Source: Paragordius varius (Eukaryota > Animalia > Nematomorpha). Taken from it: a DNA stretch of 64,000 nucleotides. The stretch covers positions 14,322,001 to 14,386,000 of the forward strand of contig OZ176050.1 in assembly GCA_964247055.1 (NCBI GenBank), given 5' to 3'. Below the pieces are notes generated by a model. That model saw only the letters and a list, made by a program, of their open reading frames with translations. It did not search any database and was not told the DNA's origin. Shown in pieces: positions 22,700-35,393 of the stretch. Each line of letters starts with the position of its first letter. Positions within the stretch are counted from its first letter, which is position 1. The translations under genes were made by a program, and so were the position numbers.

Positions 22700-25260
22700 T
22701 TTCATATGTAACTAAAATACATATGGAGGAAACGAAAAAGGGCAAAGCGGTACCAGGTTAGAAATTTTTTATCCCCAACTTAAAAGGGTAGTCTGAGGGC
22801 CTCGGCCGCAAACAAGACATGTCTTAGGGTCGGTAATTATATCATAGCACTACTGAATTTATAAGGTTGGTTGTTGGTTCGTTGTTAGTGGACTCAACAG
22901 TGTGTCGATATGAAGAAATGACAGGGTTCGCTGTAAAATTACATCTGCATGGAAGATATTGATGGTAAAAAAGTTTTAAACTAATTAATATCAATGGTTT
23001 AATTGTTGTGAAAAAAGAGACACGTGGCTGCTTGAAACAAGTTTCTAATTAGCATCTGATGACGGGTGGAACTTCAAATCTTAAGCAGCTGCTTTGTCTT
23101 TGGCTTACAGATGACATGGTACTTGGTGTCTGGGTGGGTGTGGCTTCTGCAGTCTGCTCATCGTATGTATATATGTGTGTTTTACAGTCCATTAGTTTAT
23201 TTGAAAAGCTTCTGCTTGCAGTGCTCTAATATAACACAGCCGAATAAAAGCGGAATTGTGCTTATGGCAAAATCTGGCAGTTTGGGAATATTTATTGCGC
23301 TATGAGCGAGCATTAAGGGCTAAGGTGCAAGATCATAACTGCTCACGAACAAATATGACAGATCAGAAACATAATTTTGTAGTAATGATTTCTAAATCTT
23401 TAAAAATGACCAATTTTTAAGAGCTTTAAATTCTAGTTTTGTGTGAGTGATGTTCTTGCAAATTCTAAGGGCAGGCCAAGAATATTAAAGCCTGTAAACT
23501 GGTTAAATAGTAAAAAACTCTAGCGGATCATTGATGATCCAATACCTTAAGTTCCAAACAATTTACATGTGGCCGTAATGGCAAAGATCATAGGATTTCT
23601 TCACCAGCTAAATATGTGTTTCACAGCTTTTTTTGAAAAGAATGTATGGTTGGGATACCTGAAGCGGGATAACTTAACCTCTAGTTACGTTTTCCAGGAT
23701 ACCTCCCCAAAAATCGCAAAATAGGTATGAAGAATCTTTTAAAAGAACCACACGATGTTGTCCGTTTACGCTCCTCGTATGCAAGTGAACAAGGGAGAAA
23801 ACAACAAAGATGTTTTAGGATCTGTAATATTATTCGTGGGTCAATGCTAATCGTTTTAGATTATTTAAACGCGAAAATAAGTCGTAATTGTTTAGATTAT
23901 GATACTGTTATAGGTCGCTCTAACATAGCGGAACGGCAGAGTCACAATGTACAATAGAAAGCGGTTAATGAGTAAATATATTAATTAAGGCTCCCACAAG
24001 GATGCTGGGAACAAGCATAATGATACATTATAATAGATAATAAGTTGGATACATGTCCGAATGGGAAATCATTCCATGATCGCCGGCTGGCATTTAAAGT
24101 GGCAGATCGATTATTAATGACAAATGATTACGAAAACAACCGTGAGTGACGGACTACTCATTGTATGCTCCTTAAAGCTGGCAAACTTGTGCACTAATTG
24201 CCCTAAAAAGAATCTATACTTTCCAACAGGTGCATTAATTGGTGAGTAATTAAGTTAGAAAAAAAATAGAAGGAGAATGTCCAATCCAAACTGTTAGTCA
24301 GTGTGGATGCTTCTAAAAATGTAGAAAGGTTTTATTTAAACTCTTAGGCACGCTTTTAACTGGATAGATTGGGATGAACTGTCAGGGATTATTGCGAAAA
24401 TTTATCCACCTCCGGCGTTCATGGCTAACAAAGCTTCAAATAAGCTATTAAAGACAGTTTTGAAGTTAATAGGTGGATAGATACTAAAGCGGAAGTAAAG
24501 AACTTGATGGGAATTAGGATGATTGATTTGCTGGGGAGTGTATATACTAACTGTAGCAATTACTGGTTTAAAGCTAGCCACGGTTATAATAGTATAGGGT
24601 GCTGATATCCCTATCTTAAAGGATGCTCTGTACAGAAGTCATCATTCCTTCCACTTCAGGACCTATTCTACCAACTTGAGATGGGAGCTTTTGATGAACC
24701 ACCTAGTTTGGATGAAATAGAAGCTTCAATCCGATCGATAATATTCAAGTGTCGGATAGATTCCACCTAAAATATGCCGTGCTGGTAGCGAGATCCAAAG
24801 AATTTGGAAAATATTTTTAAGGAAGTGCAGTAGTTGGAAGCAGGTACGCGGAAAGACCCTGAATCATAATGTTTTTCCTTTGCTTAATGTTGACAGAAAT
24901 ATCGGAATCGTGAACAACAGATTATTAAAATTCCTCCTGTCTTATATACACTGTGGTAGAAAGCAGAGAAAGCTCAATTTAAGACGATTCAGAATAGCAG
25001 AAAGAGGGACGCGTGCGTATTTTCTTGATTCACAAGGCGGTTGATTGGTTCTTCATTAAGGTTAAATAGACTTCCTGATTTAACACGGTTGTTCTACATT
25101 TCTATCAATGCTATGCGACATTAAGCAACAAGGCAAAGGATTCTGATGGGGAGACCTCAAACTGTTTCAGATCTGCAACGGTGGTGTAAGGCCGAGTGCA
25201 GATTGTCCCCCAATCTATTCAACATTTTCTTGGAAGGCAGTCTAATAGAAGTAAGGCAGC
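22700..25260 (+). pseudogene. Ancient degenerate RTE-like LINE relic (5' and central part)
   Basis: GC-richer block; recognisable broken peptides DEPPSLDEIEASIR (~24690) and DGETSNCF...GVR...LSPNLFNIFLE (~25145-25235). Many stops and indels; the 5' boundary is uncertain. Confidence 0.6.
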
Positions 25261-25599
25261 ATTATCGAATATATTGGAACCAACACTAAAAAAGTCTAAC
25301 CTCAGTAATTTGATTCCGGCGCAAGGCTGATATTTACTTTGCATATGATAAGTTTTTCTGAATTACTCTCTTTATGAACTGAATTGCTCTTAAAAAATTT
25401 GATAAAACATTTTGAAAATATAATGTTATTTTAACATTCAAATTCTATCATTAGGCTAAAATAGGTTATCCGTCGATCGTGCTGAAATCTGATTTTAAAG
25501 CGAAAACTTATATCTAGTTTTGTGATTGGCAAAAAGTTACTAATCAAATACATAGAAAGTACACTCATCGAAACCGCCATATGCTTAGATGAATAGCAG

Positions 25600-26430
25600 C
25601 TTCAAAAAGCGTCTCTTGTTTGCATTGTCACACCTGCTCGGCTTTGCGGATCCGAGTGTTGAATAACTAAAGAAGATAACAAAACCTGGAATATTAATTT
25701 ATAAAATATCTAAAATTGCGATCATATAAATGGTATTATGAAACAAAATCGAAAATCCATAAGTGATCCAGTAAAAAAGATCCATAAGCGATCCAGTAAA
25801 AAGATATGAGCGGTTTGTCAAGATCATTCGTCCGACTAGCAAGAACCAGATGTTAATTTACTATCGGTGGGTGGAAAATCGACGCTTGAAGGCAGATATG
25901 GGTGAAAGTCTAATACGCTCTTTCTTGGTTATTGGTCACTTTGGAGCGGAACTGTATACTAAGTGCAAAATGTAGTTTTGCGAATTAGCTAGAGCTGTAG
26001 GGAAACATCTGATCAAAAGTGCCATGCTGAAACTTAAGAAGAAAAGCGGTTTGATCTATCCTCACCAATGTCAAAAACGGTAGGGTTAAAGGAGCAGTTA
26101 CCTGCGCATATAGCATATACTGTAAGTGTGTTTAGTGCCAAGATCATGAGTAAGCACCAAAACACACACACACCAAAGCCTCATAATACAAGTGCCATGC
26201 CTTTTTGTACCAAATCGAAGTCACGAAGATGAATAGGGTTAAATATAACCATAAGATGTGCCACGTCTTAATTAATGCAAAGCCGTTGATTAGTAATATA
26301 TTTCTTTTATGTCAATATCCCATGTGATGGTTTACCTTCTATGGTATAACTGCGGCCCCATGTAACAGCAATGATAAAAAGTAGATGCTGGTGCTTTGTC
26401 ATCAAGAGCGTTAACGCGGTTTTGCTTTTC
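25600..26430 (-). pseudogene. Degenerate LINE 3' part (RT C-terminal region)
   Basis: Broken minus-strand peptides CYMGPQL...DI and KLHFALSIQFRSKVTN resemble the RTE YLGS and LRxILGIxWxDxITN motifs. Confidence 0.4.
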
Positions 26431-26981
26431 TATAATTTCAAAATAAGCGGTTAAGCCTATATAAAATTTATGATTTTTTATTATATTTAAGCAAACAATG
26501 TTTGTAAATTATTGAAAAATTCACAATTGTAGTTTATTTTGAAATAACAGTAAAAAAATATCCCAAAATATAATATAAAAAGAGAAAAGGTAAAAATTTA
26601 AAAATGCCTTTTTATGATTTGAAACGTTTATCAGAAATATTTTGTAATACATGTGAAATTCCGAAAATACTAATCTCAACTATCTCACGATTTTTTTTGT
26701 TTTGAATATAAATTATAATGTATAAATTAAAAATATTAAAACTTCATTACTTTTTCATTTTTTTAGTTAATAAAGGCATGGATTAAATAAAAAGCAGTTT
26801 TATAACTCCTAGAGTTTAAAATTGGGACATTTCCAAAACACGATTTAAACGAACACCTGATATAAAATCAAAATATGTCAAGTTTTTCCTAGTAAAATGT
26901 AGCATGAAAGCTTTTAAAGATAATTATTTACATTTTTTTACAATAATATATATTTATTCGCCTGTTGCATTAGCATATTAA

Positions 26982-27556
26982 CACTTGGATACAACACACT
27001 CCTTTTAGTCCTTCGATTCAAATTGGGGTAGTTGGATACCCCAGACCTATTTAAAATTAAATTCCTTAAAAAATATAGAAGGAATCGAAACTATGGCAAA
27101 ATTTTGCACTTATCTAACATTAATAAACCGAAATATATAAAAAATTTTATTCAAAAATACTTGGTATTACTTATTTTAAGCTAAAACCGAAAGGTAAAAA
27201 TTTCGTCAACGTGACATGTCAAATTGTAAAATTAAAAAATTATACAAACTAAACCGCTTTTTCTATTTCTATCAATGTTAGATGTAATTTATATAAAAAA
27301 TTAGCTTTAGTTTTACCCTTAAAATTAAATAAAGACGATATTTTGCAAAAATTTTATAAAATAAAAATGGCGTCGAAGTAGTTTGAGATGGAGCTTTTTT
27401 TTCAAAACAATATCAAGATGTTTTGGCATATTTATATATTATTTATTAGGATAGAAGCATAAATTTAAATTGGGACCGTTTCCTTCAGTATTTTTTTAAA
27501 AATATTAATTTAAATTTAGTCTGGGGTATTTAGATACCCCAATTTGAATCGAAGTG
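26982..27556. mobile_element. piggyBac-like MITE family C (reverse orientation)
   Basis: TTAA|CACTTGG-(spacer)-TTCGATTCAAATTGGGGTA ... TACCCCAATTTGAATCGAAGTG|TTAA. Confidence 0.85.
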
Positions 27557-28369
27557 TTAAAAAGAAACATATAAATGTCGGCAAACAGTAGGATAAGTTT
27601 TTTCAATATTACATTTTTTAATATATTTTTGTATCATGCGCTTAAAAGGTTAAGGAAAGAAGAATTTAAAATTGGCTTAATACCTTATACTTTTTCAAAT
27701 TCATTTTCAATTGCTCTTATTTAAAAGTCCAAAATGTAATGAAGTGTTTATAAGCATCTTTATATTATAGGCAAATAAATATTATGGTTTTGCAATTATC
27801 ACAATTTGGAACTCTGTAATTTAAAAATTTATGAGAATCAATTAATTTATAACAAAATTAAGATAAATATATAATCAAAAACATCCAAATATTTGTTTTG
27901 ACCTCAAAATATAATTTAATAAAATTGAACAGGTATTGAAGTGTTGAATCTTATCTGATATTTTCTCTAAAACCATTAATTGCGAAATTTCTGCATTAAA
28001 TATTTTTTAGCAGAATCTTCGTATTAAAAATCGCAGTGCATAAATTAATATTAACTCATGTAGCTTGTATATATTGTAATTATAATTAAGTTTATATCCT
28101 TGTTAAAAAATTTTTTAGCATATGCGCCAAATCAACGATTAAATGTGTAGCGAACCACGAACAACTACAAAGCTCAGTTTTTTCTCAGATAATATTTCAG
28201 AATATTCCTTCTATATCCAGATTTAAACACATTAGCTTAAAAATAAACAGTTGTTAAGTCAGTAAAACATTGCTTTTGAACACTGCTCAGACTTGTCAAT
28301 GTATTTTTTTGCATAATTTTAGAAATAATTTATTGGTATTGGTATAATTAATTATTTTATTAACAATAC

Positions 28370-28690
28370 GATTCAAATAGGAGAATTAAAATACCCCAGA
28401 CTAAATTTGATTTTTAAAAAACTACTGAAGGAAACGGTCCCATAAATTTTCATACTAATAAAAATTATATAATGCCAAAAATAGATTTTGAAAAAAGTTC
28501 CATCAAACTACTTCAATGAAATTTTTTAACATATCGTCTACATTTAATTTTAAGGGTAAAATTAAAGCTATTTTTATTTATATCTAACATTGATAGAAAT
28601 AGAAAGAGCGGTTTTTTTTGTATTAGTTTTAAATTTTACCATTGCACACATCTCACGTTGACTAATTATCTACCTTCCAGTTTTAGCTTA
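28370..28690. mobile_element. Truncated family C copy
   Basis: Collinear with the left two-thirds of 28692-29252 (ataccccagactaaattt...gaaggaaacggtccc...cttccagttttagc). Confidence 0.7.
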
Positions 28691-28691
28691 A

Positions 28692-29252
28692 CACTTCGAT
28701 TCAAATTGGGGTATCTAAATACCCCAGACTAAATTTAAGTTAGATATTTAAAAAATACTGAAGGAAACGGTCCCAATTTAAATTTTTGCTTCTATCCTGC
28801 TAAAAATTATATAAATATGCCAAAATATCTTGATAAAATTTTGTTTTGAAAAAAAAATTCCATCTCAAACTACTTCGACGCTACAATTTCGCAAAATATG
28901 GTCTTCATTTAATTTTAAGGGTAAATCTATAACAATTTTTAATATAAATTACATCTCACATTGATAGAAATAGAAAAAGCGGTTTAGTTTGTATTATTTT
29001 TTAATTTTACCATTTGAGACATGTCAAGTTGACGAAATTTTTACCTTTCTTATTTTAGCTTAAAATATGTAATATCAAGTAATTTTGAATAAAATTTTTT
29101 ATTTATTTGGAATTATTAATGTTATATAAGTGCAAAATTTTGTCATGGTTTCGATTCCATTCCATACTTCTTAAAGTATTTGATTTTAAACACGCCTGGG
29201 GTATCCAACTACCCCAATTTGAATCGAAAAATGAGTGTGTTGTATATAAGTG
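28692..29252. mobile_element. piggyBac-like MITE family C (complete)
   Basis: TTAA|CACTTCGATTCAAATTGGGGTA ... TACCCCAATTTGAATCGAA-(spacer)-AGTG|TTAA; followed by a partial right-end duplicate at 29257-29435. Confidence 0.85.
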
Positions 29253-29561
29253 TTAAACTAAGTAAAATCAAGTTTTTGAATAAATATTTTATATAATTCG
29301 GTTTATTAATGTTATAAGTACAAAATTTTGCCATGGTTTCGGTTCATTCCATATTTTTAAAATATTTAATTGTAAACAGACCTGGAGTATACCCCAATGT
29401 GAATCTGGACTAAAATGAATGTGTTGTGTAAAATTGTTAAATTTTTCCATAAAACAGCTGAGAGGTTTATCAAGTTAGCCATCTGAATCGGGACCCAGCC
29501 CTAAAACTATGTTTAGCATATATTGTAAATAATTGGCCTTTCTACTTCATCACAAAATATC

Positions 29562-30763
29562 ATGTCAATTTGGAAAAAAATGAATCGAAGTGGATCAAAA
29601 GCTGTAAAGTTTAAATTTACAATCACCTATCATGAGATGGTACTTGAATACGAAAGCAAATGGTATAATATCATTAATTATTTCTAGTGTTCCAGATAAA
29701 GTTTGTTTAATATGGAGTCACAAAAACCGAAAAATTTTAACTGCGGTAAATATTTTTTATTTTTATATATATTTTTTAGTTTGACACCAAGATTTAATTT
29801 TAATCATTTATAAATTTAACTTTTATAGTGGAGAAAATGGGAACCATCGATAGAAAACGCATATAAAGGTGTTATACATTGGCCCGTGCCAGAAATTACA
29901 GAATTCGAAGTGACACTCTTTCGTGACAGCAAAAATCCACAAATATTCCAGGACCTATATTGGAATCTACTTGTTTCTGATGTATGTCAATTTTATTTTA
30001 GTTTAATAATTTTGCAGCAAATTATTTTACATTTGACTTTTAATTTTTTTAGTTAAAAGGTTGGATAATAATTTTATTTATTTAGGATACTATATCTTGA
30101 TTATTAATTGTATCAATATATGTTTAATTTATTATATTAAGAAAAATATTTTATTTATATATAAGTTATTTATGGCTAATGTATATATAAATCTGGGTTA
30201 AAATTAGTTTACACCTGTTAAAAATATTGATTTTAGATTATTTGGTACACTTTGTTAGCCGTTTTAAAACCGTATTTAGGGAAGAGCTGGTATCGGTTGT
30301 CATTTTCAAAAATATTTTTTTTTTCAAAAAAAAATATTTTAAATTATTACTTTTTTCAACAAAAAAATATTAGTTTGAATTAACATATATAAGATTTTGA
30401 AGAAAAATGTAAATTTTACACCAAAAATTGAAATTATACGGATGGACAAAACGCAAAAAATATAAAGACAATTATTTTTTTCACACAAAAGACAACCCAA
30501 CTATATACTTTTTAAATGTTGATTTTTTTACTTATAACACTCATCGTTTAAAATTGCAAAGCATAAAATAAACACAATCAATCAATCACACATATTCAAC
30601 GATTGTTAATAAATCCTTTTTTAAATGTGTATATATATTAAGGTTTGAAAAAGTGCCCTTTGTTGTCTTTTGAAAAATGATATTTTGTCTTTATATTTTA
30701 ACGTTTTTGTCCATGGTTTAATTTCATGTTTTACTGTAATACATATTCAATCATTTTTCAATT

Positions 30764-30798
<35 letters not shown>

Positions 30799-33700
30799 TT
30801 ATTATACCAAAAAACCCTTTTAATTGCTACAAAAATGTTTAATTTTAACTTTTTTTTTATTATTACATTTAGTTAACCACCACATTGTCTAAAAATAATG
30901 GAAAAACCGCTTCGAAAAATTCCATATCAGCTAAAACTTCAATTAATCTCAATGAGTATATTGGGCCCTCGTGTGGATTAGAGTCTAAAACTACGCCCCA
31001 CCTTAAATTAGATCTTAAACCCGAAGAAAAATTTAAAGGGGGACAATCAAAACGACGACATATTAAACAAGCCTATGTTAACCTTAGTATTACAACTCAA
31101 TTCATAAGCGAAGGCAAAGGCATAAAGTATGAGTGATATATATTTTTTTAAGTTTTTGATTGAATTGATAAAAAATGGAATTTAAACTGTTTTTTAATTA
31201 ATTAAGTAACATTTAATATTATTATATTTTAGCTGTTAATACTGTAAAAATTGAAGTTATATGGATGAACATCGCGTAATAATATAAAGACAAATATTTT
31301 TTTTGTAAAACACAACCCCATACTTTTTAAATCTTGATTTTTTAAAATATAACTCATTGTTTTAAACTGCTGCAAAGTATGAAATAGGAATATATATTGG
31401 TAACACAATCAATTATGTATGTATTTTACGATTGTAATTAAATAATTTATATAGGAAAAACTAAGGTGCAAAAAAGTATGGGGTTGTTTTTTGAAAAAAA
31501 AATTTGTCGTTATAATTTCACATTTTGTCCGTATAATTTCAATTCTTACTGTATTTCACTACACCTAAATTTTTGCTATCAATGGACATATTCTGTTGAT
31601 TAACAATATCTGAGTTTTAAACCCATTTTGTTTTTTTAATAACATCAGAGTTAATTTATAATTTTTTTCACAAAGAATTTTGTGATCTTATATTGAAAAT
31701 GTTTTTTTTAAATTTTTATAAAAATCAGATAATTTACATTACATGGCAATAAAAAATTTACAAAAATACTAAAATAGCACACTGCTTTAAATGCAATTCT
31801 ATAGGATTATTAATTTTTTATTTTTTTTCATATACCCTTGAACAATTCAAATTCACTTTAAAAATAAATTATGTTTTCGGGCTTATATAACTCATTATTA
31901 CTAAGAAATATATCTTTATGGCTTAGTTTACTATTTTTTGCAGTATTATTTCAATTACAAACAAAATTTCATCTTTTTTTAAAAATATAAAAAAAAATCT
32001 AGTAATTTTTAATTTTAAAAAACACATAATAATTTGTTTGAGGGTACAATTTAATTTAAATCGTTCGAGGGTGAATTTAAAGTCTAAATGGTATATATAT
32101 TTTATAAAATAAAATAGCAATGAAGATATAACCAACACCTCCAGTTTAGATCTTGATTTTCCTCAACAAAATCAAAATTATTCAAGTATTTCAGAGTTAT
32201 CCGATAATCCATACAATAGTAATATAGAAAAAAACAGTGAAATCGAGCATTTTTACCCTAAAAACTCGCTTGAAACGCCTTTAAAGAATGGAAAAAACGT
32301 ATTCACTAATAACCCGTTTGATAGCCATTATAATTTACACAATATTGAAACCAATTATAATTATAATGGAAATAAGGAAATTCCCCTTAAAAATTTTGAA
32401 ATGAATTCTAATGATATCACAAAAAGTCAAGATTTATTACTAGAGATGTCTTCTCCTTTGCTAGAAACTCAAATACCCGTGAATAAAAGCAAACACAACA
32501 AAAGTAAAAAGGGTAGGTTAAATTATTACACTTATTTTTTTGGTGTTTTGAAATTTTTATAATTTTAGTATTAAAAAATGGATTTTGATAGTTATTTGAA
32601 AATTTTAAAAGTTTGAATGATAAAATTATATAATTTCAGATTTCCAAAATATGGTTTTAGCATATTTTTTTATTTTAATAGTTATTTGTAAATTCGAATA
32701 AATTTTAAATTTTTTTGACATTCAAAATCGAATAGGTTTTTAATATATTACGTTTTTTATATATACCATTTACAGGTCCAATTCACACACATGAATAATT
32801 CAAATTTACCCTAAAATAAATAATATGTTTTTTAGAATCAACTTACATATATATATTTGTATTTAAAAAATGAAATTTTTTTAATAATAACCTTTTTTAC
32901 TAAAAAAATGTGATAAAATATTCGCTATAAAGTAATAATTCATATTAAAGATGAGTTACAGTTATATTAGCTGCCCGAAAACACATAACTTATTTTTAGG
33001 TTAATTTAAATTGTTCGAACTGTAAATGGCATATATTATTTTTTGCATTTTTAATAGTTATTTGAAATATTTTTATGTTTATTTTAAGAAAAAAAGTGTT
33101 TTAGCTATAAATTTCATACTTATTATAATTAAATTATTGATTTGGCTTTGAGTTTTTTTCAGTAAAATGGACATTTTTTATATGTAATAAATGTATCAAA
33201 GAAGCATGATTTTTATTGAATATATATTTCGATAAGGTCCCTGGAGATTATTTAATTATATATGATTTTTGCCTTTTTTGCATTTTTTGATTGTTAAGAA
33301 ATCTTTTAAAGTCATATATAATTGATATATATTTTTTTCATTATCAGATTTATTTTTATAATTTTATATTCGTAGTATATATCTATTCATATATCTTGTA
33401 ATGTTTTTTCCTATCGAACTTAGTTTTTTTCAATCAATATAGGGTATTTAAATACCCCAGACTTTATTTAGCTTGATATGTTCAAAAAACTACAGAAAAC
33501 AGAAACAACTGTTTAAAAATTTTATATCTAACTAACTTTTTTCTCTTTAATACCCAGATATTGGATATTTTTAAATTTTATTACATTTCTGAATAATTAT
33601 TTTTCCAAATTTATACTTTTCTTTATTGTATGAAATTGCATGCTTATTAATATTAAATATTTATTATATATTTTACAGTTTCAACAAATTTATTCTCAAG

Positions 33701-35358
33701 ATGTGTTCTACTTACATCAACATCCATAAACTCACCTTTAAATTTCTCAAAATCCAATAAAAATGATTATTTAAATACTAATTGCCAACGAAATAATTTT
33801 GTATGCCCACAAAAAATTAATTCCTCCCCCCCACCTCAAACGTTAAGGAGGAATGATACTACGATATTTAGATCTTTTAGAGGTAAGCGAAATAAAAATA
33901 ATTCGAAATTATACGGACAAAATTTTGGTTTAAAAAGACAACTTGCTATTTATTCTTTTTTTAAAACTATATAACTACCGATTGTTTTAAACATTGCAAA
34001 GTATAAAATAAAAAGATGTAATACATTCATAACAATAATTATTTTATATTTTACAGTAAAAACTAAAATTATACGGACAAAAAACACGTAAAAATATAAA
34101 GACAAATATTTTTTTTTTAAAAGATAATCAACCATACTTTTTCAAACTTTTCCTTTTTTTAAAATATAAATAATTGTTTTTAAAATTGCAAATATGAAAT
34201 ATAGATGTATATCTTTAATATAATCAATTATATATTATATGATTGTAATTAAATAGCTTATAAATGGATAAATTAAGGACTTTAAAAAAGTATGGTTGTC
34301 TTTTTTTGAGTAAAAATTGTCTTTATATTTTTAGGTGTTTTGTGTCCGTATAATTTCAATTTTTACTGTAGTACAATTGTAATTAAATATTTAACCATTT
34401 TTATATGATAAATTAAGGTTCAAAAAAAGTATGGTTGTCTTTTTTTGAATAAAAATTGTCTTTATATTTTTACATTTTGTCCGTATAATTCCAATTTTTA
34501 CTGTAATTTTGAATAAATGACTGTAATTGATTTTTTGTAAAGAAAGTTTACTTTAATTTATGTGTTTGAGTTTTTAAAATGGCATTATTCAACTTGTCTC
34601 CTATGGGTAAAATACAGTATGAATAAGTATATATATATATATATATATATATATTGGTAGAAAGCTATTGCTTATTGGCGAATAGCATAGAATATGCAAC
34701 AAAGAGCATTATTATTGGCTAATAATGTTAAAATATGAAAAAATCAACTATAAGCCAAATATAATTCCCTTTGTTATATATATATGATATTTGACAAAAA
34801 TTAATAACTTTCTAGCAATATATACTTACTCATACTGTATTATAAGTTTGAAATTATGGAAAATGTTTGATTTTTTTAATTTTTTTATAAAAATTGTTTT
34901 TTTTCACTTAAATTAAACATAGTTTTAGTATAGTTTGAATTTGCATGAGTTAATTTTTCTTTACATGTATTATGTATGATTATTTAAGCCAACTTAATTT
35001 TGTAAATTTTAGCGAAGTTTTATTACTTTTTTGTTATAAATATCTGGAATTAGGATAGTAAAAATTGAAGTTATACGGGCACAAAACGTGTAAAAATATA
35101 AAGACACATATTTTTTTCTTCAAAAGATAATTCCATACTTTTTAAACCATAAATTATTTCCCTAAAAAAACTATAAATTACAATAAAATACATAATTGGT
35201 TGTCCTATCATTACAAAAATTTACAATTTTAAACAATGATTAAAACAATAAAAAACAAGATATGAAAAATATGGTTGTCTATTAGAAAATATATATTTGT
35301 CTATATATTTTTACGCTTTATGTCCGTATAATTTCAATTTTTTTATTGTAAATTTCGG

Positions 35359-35393
<35 letters not shown>

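Noticed and set aside
23056-23062. CTGATGA preceded by GAAAC (hammerhead?)
   Set aside because: No stem I/II pairing; GAAAC-AA-GTTTC forms a plain hairpin that sequesters the core.
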